In this document: one piece after another, positions 1-10,703 of the stretch | How the letters are laid out: each line of letters begins with the position of its first letter | Position numbering within the stretch: the first letter of the stretch is position 1 | Source of the DNA: Candidatus Heimdallarchaeota archaeon | GTDB lineage: Archaea; Asgardarchaeota; Heimdallarchaeia; Heimdallarchaeales; Heimdallarchaeaceae | DNA length: 64,000 bases | Assembly: GCA_018238545.1 (NCBI GenBank) | Contig: JABCTC010000015.1 | Coordinates: 15,825 to 79,824 of the forward strand | Direction: 5' to 3' | Program-made: the position numbers and the translations under genes | Notes under the pieces: model-generated | Told to the model about the DNA's origin: nothing | Database searches by the model: none | What the model saw: only the letters and a program-made list of their open reading frames with translations

Positions 1-262
1 CTAGATGTGCTGTGAAAGTGATTTTTTCCCTTTTATCTTTGATGAAATCTTTAAACACATCATAGAAATATGGGATGTTAAAGACTATATCATAGTGAGT
101 TAGACCTAAATCATAAGCTGCTTCTAGTATGACCTTAGAATTCTGCTCTCGAGTCATATCATCTGGATTTTGTGTTCTAACTACAAAGTGTTCTATCCCT
201 AAACCAAGAATACTTAATTTCACGCCATTCTTTTCTAATCTATTCATTGAAATGTGCTCCAT
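1..262 (-). CDS. Aldo/keto reductase, N-terminal part (runs off the window edge)
   Basis: Manual translation MEHISMNRLEKNGVKLSILGLG...ILEAAYDLGLTHYD matches an AKR N-terminus; not in the ORF track. Confidence 0.7.
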   Translation of the reverse strand, partial: MEHISMNRLEKNGVKLSILGLGIEHFVVRTQNPDDMTREQNSKVILEAAYDLGLTHYDIVFNIPYFYDVFKDFIKDKREKITFTAHL

Positions 263-356
263 ATAGAACTAGATACTTGAGATTTATGATTGTTTCTTTT
301 CTGGTTTCTAAACAAAAAGAAAACTTAATATCTTTACATACGAGTGAACCGCTAAG

Positions 357-1019
357 GTGGTTGAGATTTTCTCAAGAAAAAAGAATGTTAAAAGCATGAG
401 AGATTTGTTCATAGAGACTAGTAGTTTAACTAAATGTGCTTTTGAAACTATGAGAAATGCTGTTTTAGCGTATGTGGAAGGAAATTTTGATCTTGCGAAA
501 AAAGAAGCTGATATTACAATAGCAACTGAGAAAAAACAGGACAGAGTAAAGGAAGAGGTTTTTGCAAGAATGTTTTCCAGAGAAACAATGGTTTTTTCAA
601 GAGCAGACCGTATCCAAATAATTGAAAATATAGATAAAATCACAGATAAAATCGAAATTGTTGTTAGAAAATTACTTCTTTATCAAGTTGACATAAAAGC
701 CCCTCTTAAGGAAGAAATTAAAGAGTTAGCTGAATTGAACAATCAAATTGGTAAAGAGGTGCATGAGATGGTAATAGCTGTTCTAGATGATTTTGAGAAA
801 GCAAGAGTTCATATCACTGAGATTACAAATTTAAGAAGAAACGTTCGTGAGAAACAGTGGAAACTTCAAAAGATGAACTATGATTATCACGATATTCAAG
901 AAGATTTTCTAGCTTTTAGGTATACTGAGACTTTAATCAAATATTTAATGGAAACTGCTGATAGAGCAGAAATTTTTGCTGATCGTGTTTTCATACTCAT
1001 TAACAAATATGCACCATAA
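357..1019 (+). CDS. DUF47/PhoU-like phosphate transport regulator
   Basis: Helical protein with E..D and D..E motifs, directly upstream of a PiT transporter. Confidence 0.85.
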   Translation: MVEIFSRKKNVKSMRDLFIETSSLTKCAFETMRNAVLAYVEGNFDLAKKEADITIATEKKQDRVKEEVFARMFSRETMVFSRADRIQIIENIDKITDKIEIVVRKLLLYQVDIKAPLKEEIKELAELNNQIGKEVHEMVIAVLDDFEKARVHITEITNLRRNVREKQWKLQKMNYDYHDIQEDFLAFRYTETLIKYLMETADRAEIFADRVFILINKYAP

Positions 1020-1044
1020 TCTAACAATTAATGGAGTAGCGAAA

Positions 1045-2058
1045 ATGGAACCCATAGTTATAATTATTTTAATTTTAATGGTAATTCTATCATTTGGGAT
1101 AGGTGCCAATGATGAAACTATGGCTACATTGGTGGGGAGTCGTGTTCTTAAAACAAAATATGTAATTGTTTTAGCTGCTATCTTATCCTTTGTTGGAGTT
1201 TATTTTCTATCTGATAAAGTAGGTAAAACCATAGGTGAGAATCTTCTAGGAGCAAATGTGGAATATAGTGTAAGCATGCTAATTGCAATTATCATAAGCA
1301 CAACAATATGGCTGATAGTTGCCTCCCTTACAGGAGCACCTATCTCTACAACTCATTCAGTTGTAGGAGCTGTTTTTGGGGTAGCTATTGTTTGGAGTTT
1401 CCAGCCTGGTCAAAGTTTTTTGACTTCACTGGATTGGTCGACCTTAAGACAGGTTGCATTAGGTTGGATTATCTCTCCATTGATGGGATTCTTCGGAGCA
1501 ATTTTGTTTAAATTTATACTGGATAAGTTTTTAGCATCCCAGATGAAAGGTCTAGAACGCTTAGAAAATTTTGAAAGAATCTTCGGATATGTATTGATTT
1601 TAATTGTAGGATGGACACAAATAAGCAGAGGGGGTAATGATTCAGCAAATGCTTTGGGTATAATGTATGGTTTAATTGATTCTGGACAATTAATTGGCGA
1701 TCCACTAACCATAATGTTACTGACTCTTGCAACAGGAGTTGTTTTGGCTCTAGGGATTGTAATCATTGGTAGGAATGTCATAAAAAATGTTGGAAACAAT
1801 CTTATAGCGATGAGACCTTCTGATGCGATTAGTATAGAATTGGCAACAAGCATTACCCTATTCTTAGCTACGATTTTCGGTTTTCCAATTTCTGGAAGTC
1901 ATGTGCTAATTTTTGCTGTAGTGGGTGCAGGAATGATAAAAGGCGAACGCCCAAATAAAAAAGCTTTCAGGCAGATGGTTATAAGCTGGGTGGTAACCTT
2001 CCCGGTAGCAGCTGTTTTGTCAGCTCTGATATACAGTATTTCACTCGTTATTTTCTGA
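1045..2058 (+). CDS. pit: Inorganic phosphate transporter (PiT family)
   Basis: GAND and GGNDSAN signature motifs, PISTTH; likely start ATG 1045. Confidence 0.92.
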   Translation: MEPIVIIILILMVILSFGIGANDETMATLVGSRVLKTKYVIVLAAILSFVGVYFLSDKVGKTIGENLLGANVEYSVSMLIAIIISTTIWLIVASLTGAPISTTHSVVGAVFGVAIVWSFQPGQSFLTSLDWSTLRQVALGWIISPLMGFFGAILFKFILDKFLASQMKGLERLENFERIFGYVLILIVGWTQISRGGNDSANALGIMYGLIDSGQLIGDPLTIMLLTLATGVVLALGIVIIGRNVIKNVGNNLIAMRPSDAISIELATSITLFLATIFGFPISGSHVLIFAVVGAGMIKGERPNKKAFRQMVISWVVTFPVAAVLSALIYSISLVIF

Positions 2059-2074
2059 AGTTGATTTTCAAAAT

Positions 2075-2413
2075 TTATTTAATCAAACGATCTAGCAAAA
2101 ACTCTTTCTTAATTTTAATAGCTCTGATAAGTTTCTTAAGCTCTTTTTCTCCTTTATCATTTAAACAATATAAGTAAGCCACTCTTTTTCCTGTTATTTG
2201 TTCTTCTTGAAATAAAATATTTTCTTCTACCATTCTTTTCAATTCTGGGTAAAGAGTACCTGTTTTGAGCTCAATCCGTCCATCAGTAAATTCTTTAACT
2301 AAATTTATTAGTTTATACCCTGAAGATTTAGGATTGTCTCTTAAGAGAAAAAGTATCAGAGTTCTAACTATGGGTACTGATTCTAAGATGTTTCCTTTAC
2401 TTGTATTACTCAT
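2075..2413 (-). CDS. PadR family transcriptional regulator
   Basis: SGYKL...GTLYPELKRM...Y.L..KG winged-helix pattern. Confidence 0.88.
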   Translation of the reverse strand: MSNTSKGNILESVPIVRTLILFLLRDNPKSSGYKLINLVKEFTDGRIELKTGTLYPELKRMVEENILFQEEQITGKRVAYLYCLNDKGEKELKKLIRAIKIKKEFLLDRLIK

Positions 2414-2474
2414 TATATCACGCTCAAATCGGTTAAATAGAAAGAAGAATGGGTATTATTATTTTACCCTTTAA

Positions 2475-2957
2475 TTACAGAAGTGCTATTACTCCAAGGT
2501 ACGAACTTAGGAATAATACAACAATTGCAAAAATAACATTTGATAACAGAAGTATTTTTGATATTTTGTTGCTTACTTTCTTTTCTATCCCTTTAATCCT
2601 ATCCAATATTGCACTCCTAAAAATAGCAATTAGTGCCATTAGAATGAATAGAATGTGCTTGATTGATAATAATGTAGCAAATGTACTTTCAAAGGATATG
2701 AAATAACTAGTCCCAGATGGGTCTGTAAGTTTTGTCAATAATAATCCTGTTGCCATAAGAACTACAATTGAGACATAAGTAAATATGCTCAGTCTGTTTT
2801 GAATCTTCTTGTTGATTTGCTGAAGTTTCTCTCCTTCAAATTGTTTCTTTAGTATGGGCATTATAACAAATACTAAGAGAAGCATTCCTCCTACCCAAAT
2901 TACAGTAAATAATTCATGTAGAAAGTTGATCAATGTTAACGCTATTGGAATTGCCAT
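2475..2957 (-). CDS. CopD/DUF4149-like 4-TM membrane protein
   Basis: FLH..F.VIWVGG, TG, and L..K motifs. Confidence 0.7.
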   Translation of the reverse strand: MAIPIALTLINFLHELFTVIWVGGMLLLVFVIMPILKKQFEGEKLQQINKKIQNRLSIFTYVSIVVLMATGLLLTKLTDPSGTSYFISFESTFATLLSIKHILFILMALIAIFRSAILDRIKGIEKKVSNKISKILLLSNVIFAIVVLFLSSYLGVIALL

Positions 2958-3092
2958 TTTATTTCACCATTTACGATAGGTAGGTAACCTACATGTTGTT
3001 AATAAATATATTGCTTTACCAAAAATAATAATTAAGAATCATGAGACGTGAAGCTCAAATTAAAACGAATTTGTCTTGTAGTAATATTATTA

Positions 3093-3995
3093 TTACAGTC
3101 GATATGGTGATTCCCTCATGTGTTTGGAAAGCTCGACTAAGGAAACTATCCTATCTACTGCATCCTTTCCATAAAGATTGTAAAACTCAGATAAATCATT
3201 ATTATTTTCAAGGCTGAAAAGTATTTGATCAACAACAGCTGTTTCTCCAACCAATTCTTCCTTATCTGGTATACCTGGCAACACATCTGGGTCCGGAGGT
3301 TTATTTTGTATAACTTCTGGTATTTCAAGATGTTTAGCTATTTCTTCTAATTGACTTCGATAGATATGAATTATAGGCATAACATCCGCACAATGATCAA
3401 CTCCCCATTTACAAAACGTTCCTGTCAACAATTCTGTTTTATTAGCAGCTCCAACTACCATAAGGTTATGACGATCAGCATATTGATAGATCATAATCAT
3501 TCGCATTCTATGCTTGGTAACTGCATAAGCATTTCCTTTTGCAATCCAAGAATTTCCTTCTGGTTTCAGCCTAGCTTCTAAGATTTTATCGCTTGTATTC
3601 TCAAAAAATCTAGCTTTCGCATATTCAATTATTTTTCCACGTAATTTTCTAAAAGGTATTAAATGAATGGGAAGTAATCTATACGTTTTAGATGCTCTTA
3701 GAATCGGTGTAATAGACTTTGTTTTCAACTTCACTCCAAGTTTTTTCGCTAGTAACTTAGCATGATGTTGATGAATAGGTTTACTATCTCTCTCAGGCAA
3801 ATTTAGTAGATGCACCTTATTTGCGCCTATACTACGAACCGTCAATGTTGCTGTTACTGCTGAATCCAAGCCTCCACTCAATCCCATAACTGCTCCCTCT
3901 CGATTTAATTTTGACATTGTTTCATCAATGAATGTTTCAATATTACTGCATATCTCTGGAATATTGTGTTGAAGTTTATGTATTGTCTTTGTCAT
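3093..3995 (-). CDS. nadE: NH3-dependent NAD+ synthetase
   Basis: GLSGGLDS, R.RM, NKTE motifs. Confidence 0.92.
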   Translation of the reverse strand: MTKTIHKLQHNIPEICSNIETFIDETMSKLNREGAVMGLSGGLDSAVTATLTVRSIGANKVHLLNLPERDSKPIHQHHAKLLAKKLGVKLKTKSITPILRASKTYRLLPIHLIPFRKLRGKIIEYAKARFFENTSDKILEARLKPEGNSWIAKGNAYAVTKHRMRMIMIYQYADRHNLMVVGAANKTELLTGTFCKWGVDHCADVMPIIHIYRSQLEEIAKHLEIPEVIQNKPPDPDVLPGIPDKEELVGETAVVDQILFSLENNNDLSEFYNLYGKDAVDRIVSLVELSKHMRESPYRL

Positions 3996-4163
3996 GATAT
4001 AGGCACCAAATGAGTGTAACTAAATATCTCGTTAAACTCTTTTGTTTTAATGAATTAATGAGTTGCTTAAAAATTCTTAATAGATTTTTGCATTCTCTTA
4101 TTTAGATGAGCTCGTCATTGCAATTCTATTTCTTTTAGTGTCGAAAAAGAAGAAAAACTGAAA

Positions 4164-4559
4164 CTAATTTTTTTTGGATGATTTTGTTTCTTTAATTCCT
4201 CCTATAATGAAGAGTATGCCTCCAATCAGAACTAAAATACCAGCAATTCCCCCTGAAATTAAACCAAATACTATTAAAATTATCCCAAGCAATACTCTAT
4301 TTTTAATTGGAGTACCCATCCTTAATCTCAATTGGAGCCAATACCAAACAAAAAGTAGCACAACAAAACCTAAAACAATCATGATAAGTCCATTTAACCA
4401 TGACATTCCTGAAAAGGATAATAGTGAGAGATCACCTACAATACTAGTTATTTCAGATGCAATGGTAAGAATACCTTGAATAATTAACAAAAACCCTCCA
4501 ATCAAGGAATCTATGTATCCTGCACCTGTCCAATTGATTTTGTATACAACAACAGTCAT
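4164..4559 (-). CDS. Hypothetical membrane protein
   Basis: Several Gly-rich hydrophobic helices. Confidence 0.6.
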   Translation of the reverse strand: MTVVVYKINWTGAGYIDSLIGGFLLIIQGILTIASEITSIVGDLSLLSFSGMSWLNGLIMIVLGFVVLLFVWYWLQLRLRMGTPIKNRVLLGIILIVFGLISGGIAGILVLIGGILFIIGGIKETKSSKKN

Positions 4560-4639
4560 GAATGATTTATTGTAGTAATTAATAAAAATTCTACCATTGT
4601 GTTAAATTGTATACTTTATTTTACTTTGGATCATTGATT

Positions 4640-5490
4640 TTAGTTTCCAGACCATTCTTTAGGTGATATAAATGGTGGATGAACATATCTTTTAGAAATA
4701 GTAATTTTGTCAATCTGTTGATGTTCTTCATTGGTGAGCTGAGCATCAATTGCTAAATAATTATCTTTCAAATGTTCAAGACTTGTAGCTTTAGGTATAG
4801 GTATTACATTCTTGCTGATTAACCAGGACAAGCAAACCTGAGCTGGGCTTATTTTATTACTTTCTGCAATTTGTTTAATGATATTATCGCTTAACGCATC
4901 TCCGCGTCCAAGTGGAGAATAAGAGATTAGCGCAATTTTGTTAATTTCCAGATACTTTTGCATTTCTAGTTGTTGTAAGTAAGGATGGTGTTCTATCTGG
5001 TTTGCGAAAATTGGCTTACTAATTGATTCAATTGCGTCTTCCATCATTTTAATTGTAAAATTCGAAACGCCAATATGATTGATAACTCCTTCATCAACAA
5101 GTTCACTAAATACTCCTAATGTTTTTTGTGTGAGTAACCTAAAACAAAGGCAGGGTAATGAACATACATGAGATCAATGTAGTCTAATTTGAGTTTTTTC
5201 AAAGATTTGTAAATAGCTCTCTTAGCAGCTTTTGGTCAAAGACTTAAGGGGAAGACCTTTGTTGCTACAAATAGTTCTTCACGTTTTACAATTCCAGAGT
5301 CTAAAACCTCAGCTAATCCTTCACCTACACCTTTCTCGTTCTTATAAGCTTGAGCTGTGTCAATAAAACGATATCCCATTTTAATTCCTTCAACAGTAGA
5401 GAATTTTGCTGCTTTTGGCTTTAACATCCATGTACCTAATCCAATTGTAGGTAGTTTCAATTCAATCACAGAAAATTTACTTAGAATCAT
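4640..5490 (-). pseudogene. Aldo/keto reductase, disrupted
   Basis: GLGTW, DTAQAY, LDYIDLMYVH, IGVSNF, NQIEHHP, IPKA motifs; in-frame TGA at 5236-5238 and a 1-nt deletion in the A6 run near 5122-5127. Confidence 0.8.
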
Positions 5491-5579
5491 TAATAAAAGT
5501 AATTACCCATTGGAATCTCACATAGTCTATTGAACCTAGGTGTTTTCTTGACTGAAATCTCTCTAGAGTTACAATATAG

Positions 5580-7454
5580 ATGGAAACTATGAGTAATAAA
5601 AAATTAACAATCCTCTTTATTTTGGTTCTTTTTCTCAATTCTTTTTTAATAATCGAACCAAATATTGGTTATGATTTCAATTCTGCTTTGCAGATTGAAA
5701 AAATAGAGAATATCGATATCAACGTTGTATTCATTGGTTTTGATTCCGAATACACAATAGAACAAGGTTATGATGGAATATTAGATTCTGAAGTTGATAC
5801 ATTTGCCTTAATAAATTATCGATTTCCAAATGAAAAATTCCCGCATTCGATTTACAATGTCAATTATAATTTCTCTTCTTTCAGTTCTTTGGAAGAAACA
5901 CAGTTTAATGCTTACATTCAAAGTCTAGCCTCAACGACATCATTAGTTGATTGGGAAGTAAATGTAACAGCTGTGGAAGAATATAGTGTAACAGGTGAAT
6001 ATGACGATCCGCATGATTTGTATGTACCTTGTGAGGGAAAATATATTCCAGTTGAACAAGTTGATTCTTATTTGTTTGAAAATCATTATCAAAATGTAGA
6101 TCCTAATTCTGGTTATACTCTCTATTTGATGAATATGTTTCATCTAGATGATCCAGAAACCAACAGTGAACATGCTTACATCTACAATTTAGTAGATTAT
6201 GACGCTGTAACATTAGACACTAATCATTTTACTGGTGATTTCGATCGAGCTACAATAGGTTGGGGAGGTGATCAGAGATATTGTTTTGTTGATATTTCTG
6301 CAATCTCTTCGAATATGCTTTTATATTCAATGCTGTTTGAAGCGAATTTAAGCAAAGTACCATCTTATACTCTTTATGATTTAGATAACTATGCATCAAC
6401 CTTAAACCTCAGTTCTAATGATGGAAAAGAAGATATGTTAAATTATATCTCACAGTGGATAAATAGCTATACAAAGAATGTGTTTCTCAGTCAAGCAATA
6501 TTTGTTCCCCCGGTGAAGAGCACTTTCGATTTACCAATAGCAGTTATAAGTAATATAACAGATAAAGGCTATCCCCATTCAAGTTTATCTTGGGGCATCT
6601 CCTCAGACCGGATATATTCCTTTATGAAGGATGGTTTTCCTTGGTTTGACTGGAACATCCCTATTGACTATTATGAATTAGATGATTATCCAGACATCTC
6701 AGAATACTTCAGTTCAAATATACAACATGAAGAAAGAGGTTATTTTCTTGATATTGTTGATGTGATAGCTGCAATCGATGATAAACGAGATACATTCTTT
6801 GAGAAAAATGAAGAAAATACACCCCTTCCCACTTTTATCTTCTTAACAGATTATGTAGATTTTAGACTTGAAGATACAACTTTAGGTGGTATAGCTTTAG
6901 GTGAATATCAGATTTTGGTTCGAAATCCCTCTCAAATTTTCTTCGGTGGTGATATTGATCAACCTCTAACTGGGTTAACACACACACTAGTTCATGAAAT
7001 AGGTCATAATCTAGCATTAGATCATCCTCATAATACTGAATACGGCTATGGAGCAATGTTCATTGAAGACGTTATGAGCTATCAGTACACATCACATGGT
7101 TTTAGTATATTTTCACAAGACACTGTTGGTAGATTCCAGTTTAATTATCATTACCTAATAGCTAAGGACAATCTAACAAATGTTGAAAATCAAAACCTAA
7201 TAGGTTTAAACAAAGCCAATGAACTTGTTGTATCGAGTTATGAGAAGTATCTCGAAATGGATTACAATAGTGCTATTAGATTGATGAAAGAAGCTTTGGA
7301 GATAATTAACGATCAAGATAATCCGATGAGAAATCCTGTGATTTTATCAGTAGTAATAATAGGTTGTACAGTAACACTTTCGGTTGGAATAGTTCTAACT
7401 ATCAAATATAAGTTAATTGCAAAAATTAAGCGTTTAGTTACAAAACGAACATGA
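5580..7454 (+). CDS. Secreted, membrane-anchored metzincin zinc metalloprotease
   Basis: Signal peptide, HEIGHNLALDH, Met-turn DVMSY, C-terminal TM helix with basic tail. Confidence 0.8.
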   Translation: METMSNKKLTILFILVLFLNSFLIIEPNIGYDFNSALQIEKIENIDINVVFIGFDSEYTIEQGYDGILDSEVDTFALINYRFPNEKFPHSIYNVNYNFSSFSSLEETQFNAYIQSLASTTSLVDWEVNVTAVEEYSVTGEYDDPHDLYVPCEGKYIPVEQVDSYLFENHYQNVDPNSGYTLYLMNMFHLDDPETNSEHAYIYNLVDYDAVTLDTNHFTGDFDRATIGWGGDQRYCFVDISAISSNMLLYSMLFEANLSKVPSYTLYDLDNYASTLNLSSNDGKEDMLNYISQWINSYTKNVFLSQAIFVPPVKSTFDLPIAVISNITDKGYPHSSLSWGISSDRIYSFMKDGFPWFDWNIPIDYYELDDYPDISEYFSSNIQHEERGYFLDIVDVIAAIDDKRDTFFEKNEENTPLPTFIFLTDYVDFRLEDTTLGGIALGEYQILVRNPSQIFFGGDIDQPLTGLTHTLVHEIGHNLALDHPHNTEYGYGAMFIEDVMSYQYTSHGFSIFSQDTVGRFQFNYHYLIAKDNLTNVENQNLIGLNKANELVVSSYEKYLEMDYNSAIRLMKEALEIINDQDNPMRNPVILSVVIIGCTVTLSVGIVLTIKYKLIAKIKRLVTKRT

Positions 7455-7476
7455 GCTACAGATTAATCTTCTGAAG

Positions 7477-8337
7477 TTATATACCTGCTTTAGCTTTGAG
7501 GAACAACTCAGAGCTATTCCAAGTACTATGATAATTATTGAAGAATTTCTTCAATATTTTTTTTCCAAAAAATCTAACTTGAGATTCATAACATTCTAAT
7601 GCTTCAATTTTGAGATTTTCATATCCTTTAATAGAGTTAGTCTTTAGCTCCCACTCGATATCTAGATATTTTGCAGGAAGTAATTTCTCAATTGAACCTC
7701 CGGAAATCATTGAATTCATAACTGATGTAATCATGAAGAGTTTAAAGCTAGATTTCTCTGGTTTTTTTGTTCCTATAGTGATTAATTTGTTACCCAAGTA
7801 ATGTTTTCTTCGAATTTTTGTACTAATCATTCCATAGAAATCAACATAGAATTGGAATTTCTCGAATATTGCATAATCAACCATATACATTAAGGAAGCT
7901 AAAAACACTTCAACATGATCAAAATGATTGCCTATTGCTAAGGGGGCATAAAATATTGCTTTTGGATATTTTTCGATAAGCTCATCTAATACTGTTTGAA
8001 TCTCAATTAAGTTAGAGAACTGTTTTAAACCTTCTGAGAGATTAATTTTGAAAACATCTGTTGGTTTCTTAAGTAAAGGTTGTCTATAGGCTCTTTCTTC
8101 TATTTCCAACCATTTGTAGTCAACACTGAGTCTGTTGAGAGCTTTTTGATCTTCCTTCTTTCTTTGATCATAAATAGCGAATTTATGAAACTTCTTAGGG
8201 ATTTTTTTGATGTCAGGATTTTTTGTGAAAATTGATACAACAAGAACCTCTTCTCTCTGATATACGAGTTTAGCAATTGTGCCTCCGCAGCTAGCTACTG
8301 CATCATCTAGGTGAGGTGAGAGAAAGATATGCTGCAT
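7477..8337 (-). CDS. PIG-L family deacetylase
   Basis: SPHLDD, R..ED, H.DH, Y.SQ motifs. Confidence 0.88.
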   Translation of the reverse strand: MQHIFLSPHLDDAVASCGGTIAKLVYQREEVLVVSIFTKNPDIKKIPKKFHKFAIYDQRKKEDQKALNRLSVDYKWLEIEERAYRQPLLKKPTDVFKINLSEGLKQFSNLIEIQTVLDELIEKYPKAIFYAPLAIGNHFDHVEVFLASLMYMVDYAIFEKFQFYVDFYGMISTKIRRKHYLGNKLITIGTKKPEKSSFKLFMITSVMNSMISGGSIEKLLPAKYLDIEWELKTNSIKGYENLKIEALECYESQVRFFGKKILKKFFNNYHSTWNSSELFLKAKAGI

Positions 8338-8610
8338 AGTGATTAATTATTCATTAAAATTAATAAGATTATTCCTCTTTAACTTTTATTCCAATATCTT
8401 CTGAGTTTTCTTTGTTAGTTGGTGTTTATCTTTATAGCAGAATGTCTATAACACTTAAGTTCTATCTATAACTATCTGCGGGTATTTTTAATTATAATCT
8501 ATTCATTAAGCTCACCCCAACTGTTATATGTATGACTTTAAACTTTCGATAATTAAGGATAATGTGTTATTACGCATAATAATTGTCGGACAAATTTTAT
8601 TGTGATTGCT

Positions 8611-9042
8611 ATGATTACAAAGAAAAAAGTTATGAAAAAAATCGTTAAGTCTGTTTGGGTTTTTAACTGGTTTAATTCATGTGGTTTCATTGAGATAATT
8701 CCCGTTGTAGGTTCTAGGTGGGATATGGAACGTTTTGGTTTAGTTGCTGTGAATTCTCCAAGGAAAGCAGATGCCCTGTTCATAGCGGGATATCAAACAC
8801 CCAAATCAATGAAAAGAGCTCAACAAATATATGAGCAAATGCCAAGTCCGAAATTTGTTTTTGCGCTTGGATGCTGTACCATGACTGGAGGAATGTATTG
8901 GGATTCTTATAACACAGTTAAACGAATAGATGATTATCTTCCCGTTTTTATGTATATTCCTGGTTGTCCCCCAAGACCTGAAGCAATATTCGATGCAGTA
9001 CACAAAGTTGTCGTGCATGTTGATGAGTTGCCAGATGAGTGA
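8611..9042 (+). CDS. NuoB/MbxJ-like Fe-S small subunit
   Basis: RWDMERFG, SPRKAD, PK.V.A.GCC, YIPGCPPRPE. Confidence 0.9.
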   Translation: MITKKKVMKKIVKSVWVFNWFNSCGFIEIIPVVGSRWDMERFGLVAVNSPRKADALFIAGYQTPKSMKRAQQIYEQMPSPKFVFALGCCTMTGGMYWDSYNTVKRIDDYLPVFMYIPGCPPRPEAIFDAVHKVVVHVDELPDE

Positions 9043-9587
9043 TGAAGATGAGTAGAAAAGATAAACAAAATAAGAATAAATCTATTGAAGAAAAACTAAT
9101 TAAAGATTTAAGCTTAAAATTAGATACCACAGTTCATTATCAAAAGGAACGAAGGTTATGGATATCAATTAATCCTGATCAAATCGTAGAAACATGTTCT
9201 AAAGCGTATGAATTGGGCTTTGAACACCTTTCAACAATATCTGTTACAGATTGGTTAGATGAAGGTAAGCATGAAGTGACGTACCATCTTTGGTCTTATT
9301 CTCATAATCATCTACTAACAATAAAAACAAAAATAGATAGAAAGAAACCTATAATTTCCTCAATTAGCTCAATTTGGGGTGGCAATGCTGAAACCTGTGA
9401 ACGTGAGTGTCATGAACTATTTGGCGTAAAATTTGAAGGTAATCCTAATCTTACTCCATTGTTTCTTGAAGATTGGGAAGGTCCCCCTCCATTTTTGAAA
9501 GATTTCAATTGGCGAGAATTTGTCAAGAAGGATATGTATGACCAAAATAATCCGAGAGAAAAAGTATACTTTGAGGTGAAAAAATGA
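9039..9587 (+). CDS. NuoC/MbxK-like subunit
   Basis: ERE..ELFGVKFEG.P motif. Confidence 0.88.
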   Translation: MMKMSRKDKQNKNKSIEEKLIKDLSLKLDTTVHYQKERRLWISINPDQIVETCSKAYELGFEHLSTISVTDWLDEGKHEVTYHLWSYSHNHLLTIKTKIDRKKPIISSISSIWGGNAETCERECHELFGVKFEGNPNLTPLFLEDWEGPPPFLKDFNWREFVKKDMYDQNNPREKVYFEVKK

Positions 9588-10702
9588 CAAAAATAAAAGA
9601 ACATAATGTGAACAGCGACTTCGCAATGAACTTCGGTCCAGCTCATCCAGGATCAGGAAATTTTGCAATAAAAGTTGAGATGCGTGGGGAACGAGTACTT
9701 AAAGCAACTGCTGATCCAGGATACCTTCACCGTGGGTTTGAAAAAATGATGGAATACCGGGAACCAATGCAAAATGCAGTTATGTCGGATCGAGTATGTG
9801 TTTTGGAACCATTACAATGGAATTTGGTTCATGCTGAAGCAGTTGATTATCTTATGGGTTATGAAATACCTGATAGAGCTAAACATATCCGTGTAATTCT
9901 TGCAGAGCTTTCGAGAATTCAGTCCCATTTCATTTGGTATGCTGTATTATCCTTAGGAACAGGTTTCATGACTGGTTTTAATGTCGCTATAGGATATAGA
10001 GATTATATCTTAGATGTTCTCAACCTAATCACTGGTGGGAGAGTCTATCCTGCAGGTTACATTTGTCCTGGAGGAGTTAGAAAAGATTTTCCAGAGAAAG
10101 CTGAAAATAAAATATTGGAACTACTTCCAAAAATTGACTACATGAGAAAATTCATGCTAAAAGAAAATCCAGCGTGGTTAGCACGTTTCAAGGATGTTGG
10201 CATATTAACAAAAAGGGAGGCTATTAAGTTTGGGGCAACTGGTCCAGTATTACGTGGAAGTGGAGTTGCATCAGATGTGAGGCGTGATGATCCATATGAA
10301 ATATATGATGAACTAGAATTCGAAATTCCAGTTATGGATGAAGGAGATGCTTATGCTCGTTTCAATGTTGGTATGCAGGAAATAGAAGAGAGTATGAAAA
10401 TAATTACTCAAGCTATTGACCGAATACCAAAAGGGGAAGTTAAAACACCAAACCTCAAACCTACAGTAAAATTTCAACAAGCTAAAGGAGAGATCTACAT
10501 ACGTAATGAACTATCTCGAGGAGAAGGTGCTTTTTATATGGTTGCAACAGGTCAGAAAACACCTTATAGGGTGAAAATACGTGGACCCTCTTTTACCCAT
10601 ATGATTCCAATAGTTGAACATCTATTAACAGATGTAGATTATGCAGATGTACCTGCAATTTATTGGAGCTTATATCAGTGTCCCGCAGATGTAGATAGGT
10701 GA
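9584..10702 (+). CDS. NuoD/MbxL-like large subunit without a complete NiFe site
   Basis: FGPAHP, GYLHRGFEK, DRVCVLE (CxxE), C-terminal CPADVDR (CxxD). Confidence 0.88.
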   Translation: MTKIKEHNVNSDFAMNFGPAHPGSGNFAIKVEMRGERVLKATADPGYLHRGFEKMMEYREPMQNAVMSDRVCVLEPLQWNLVHAEAVDYLMGYEIPDRAKHIRVILAELSRIQSHFIWYAVLSLGTGFMTGFNVAIGYRDYILDVLNLITGGRVYPAGYICPGGVRKDFPEKAENKILELLPKIDYMRKFMLKENPAWLARFKDVGILTKREAIKFGATGPVLRGSGVASDVRRDDPYEIYDELEFEIPVMDEGDAYARFNVGMQEIEESMKIITQAIDRIPKGEVKTPNLKPTVKFQQAKGEIYIRNELSRGEGAFYMVATGQKTPYRVKIRGPSFTHMIPIVEHLLTDVDYADVPAIYWSLYQCPADVDR

Positions 10703-10703
10703 G

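Noticed and set aside
5236-5238. In-frame TGA in the aldo/keto reductase as selenocysteine or readthrough
   Set aside because: It is not at a Cys or catalytic position, and a second lesion (frameshift near 5125) indicates a pseudogene or sequence error.
9584-10702. Group 4 [NiFe]-hydrogenase
   Set aside because: Only two of the four metal-binding Cys are present.
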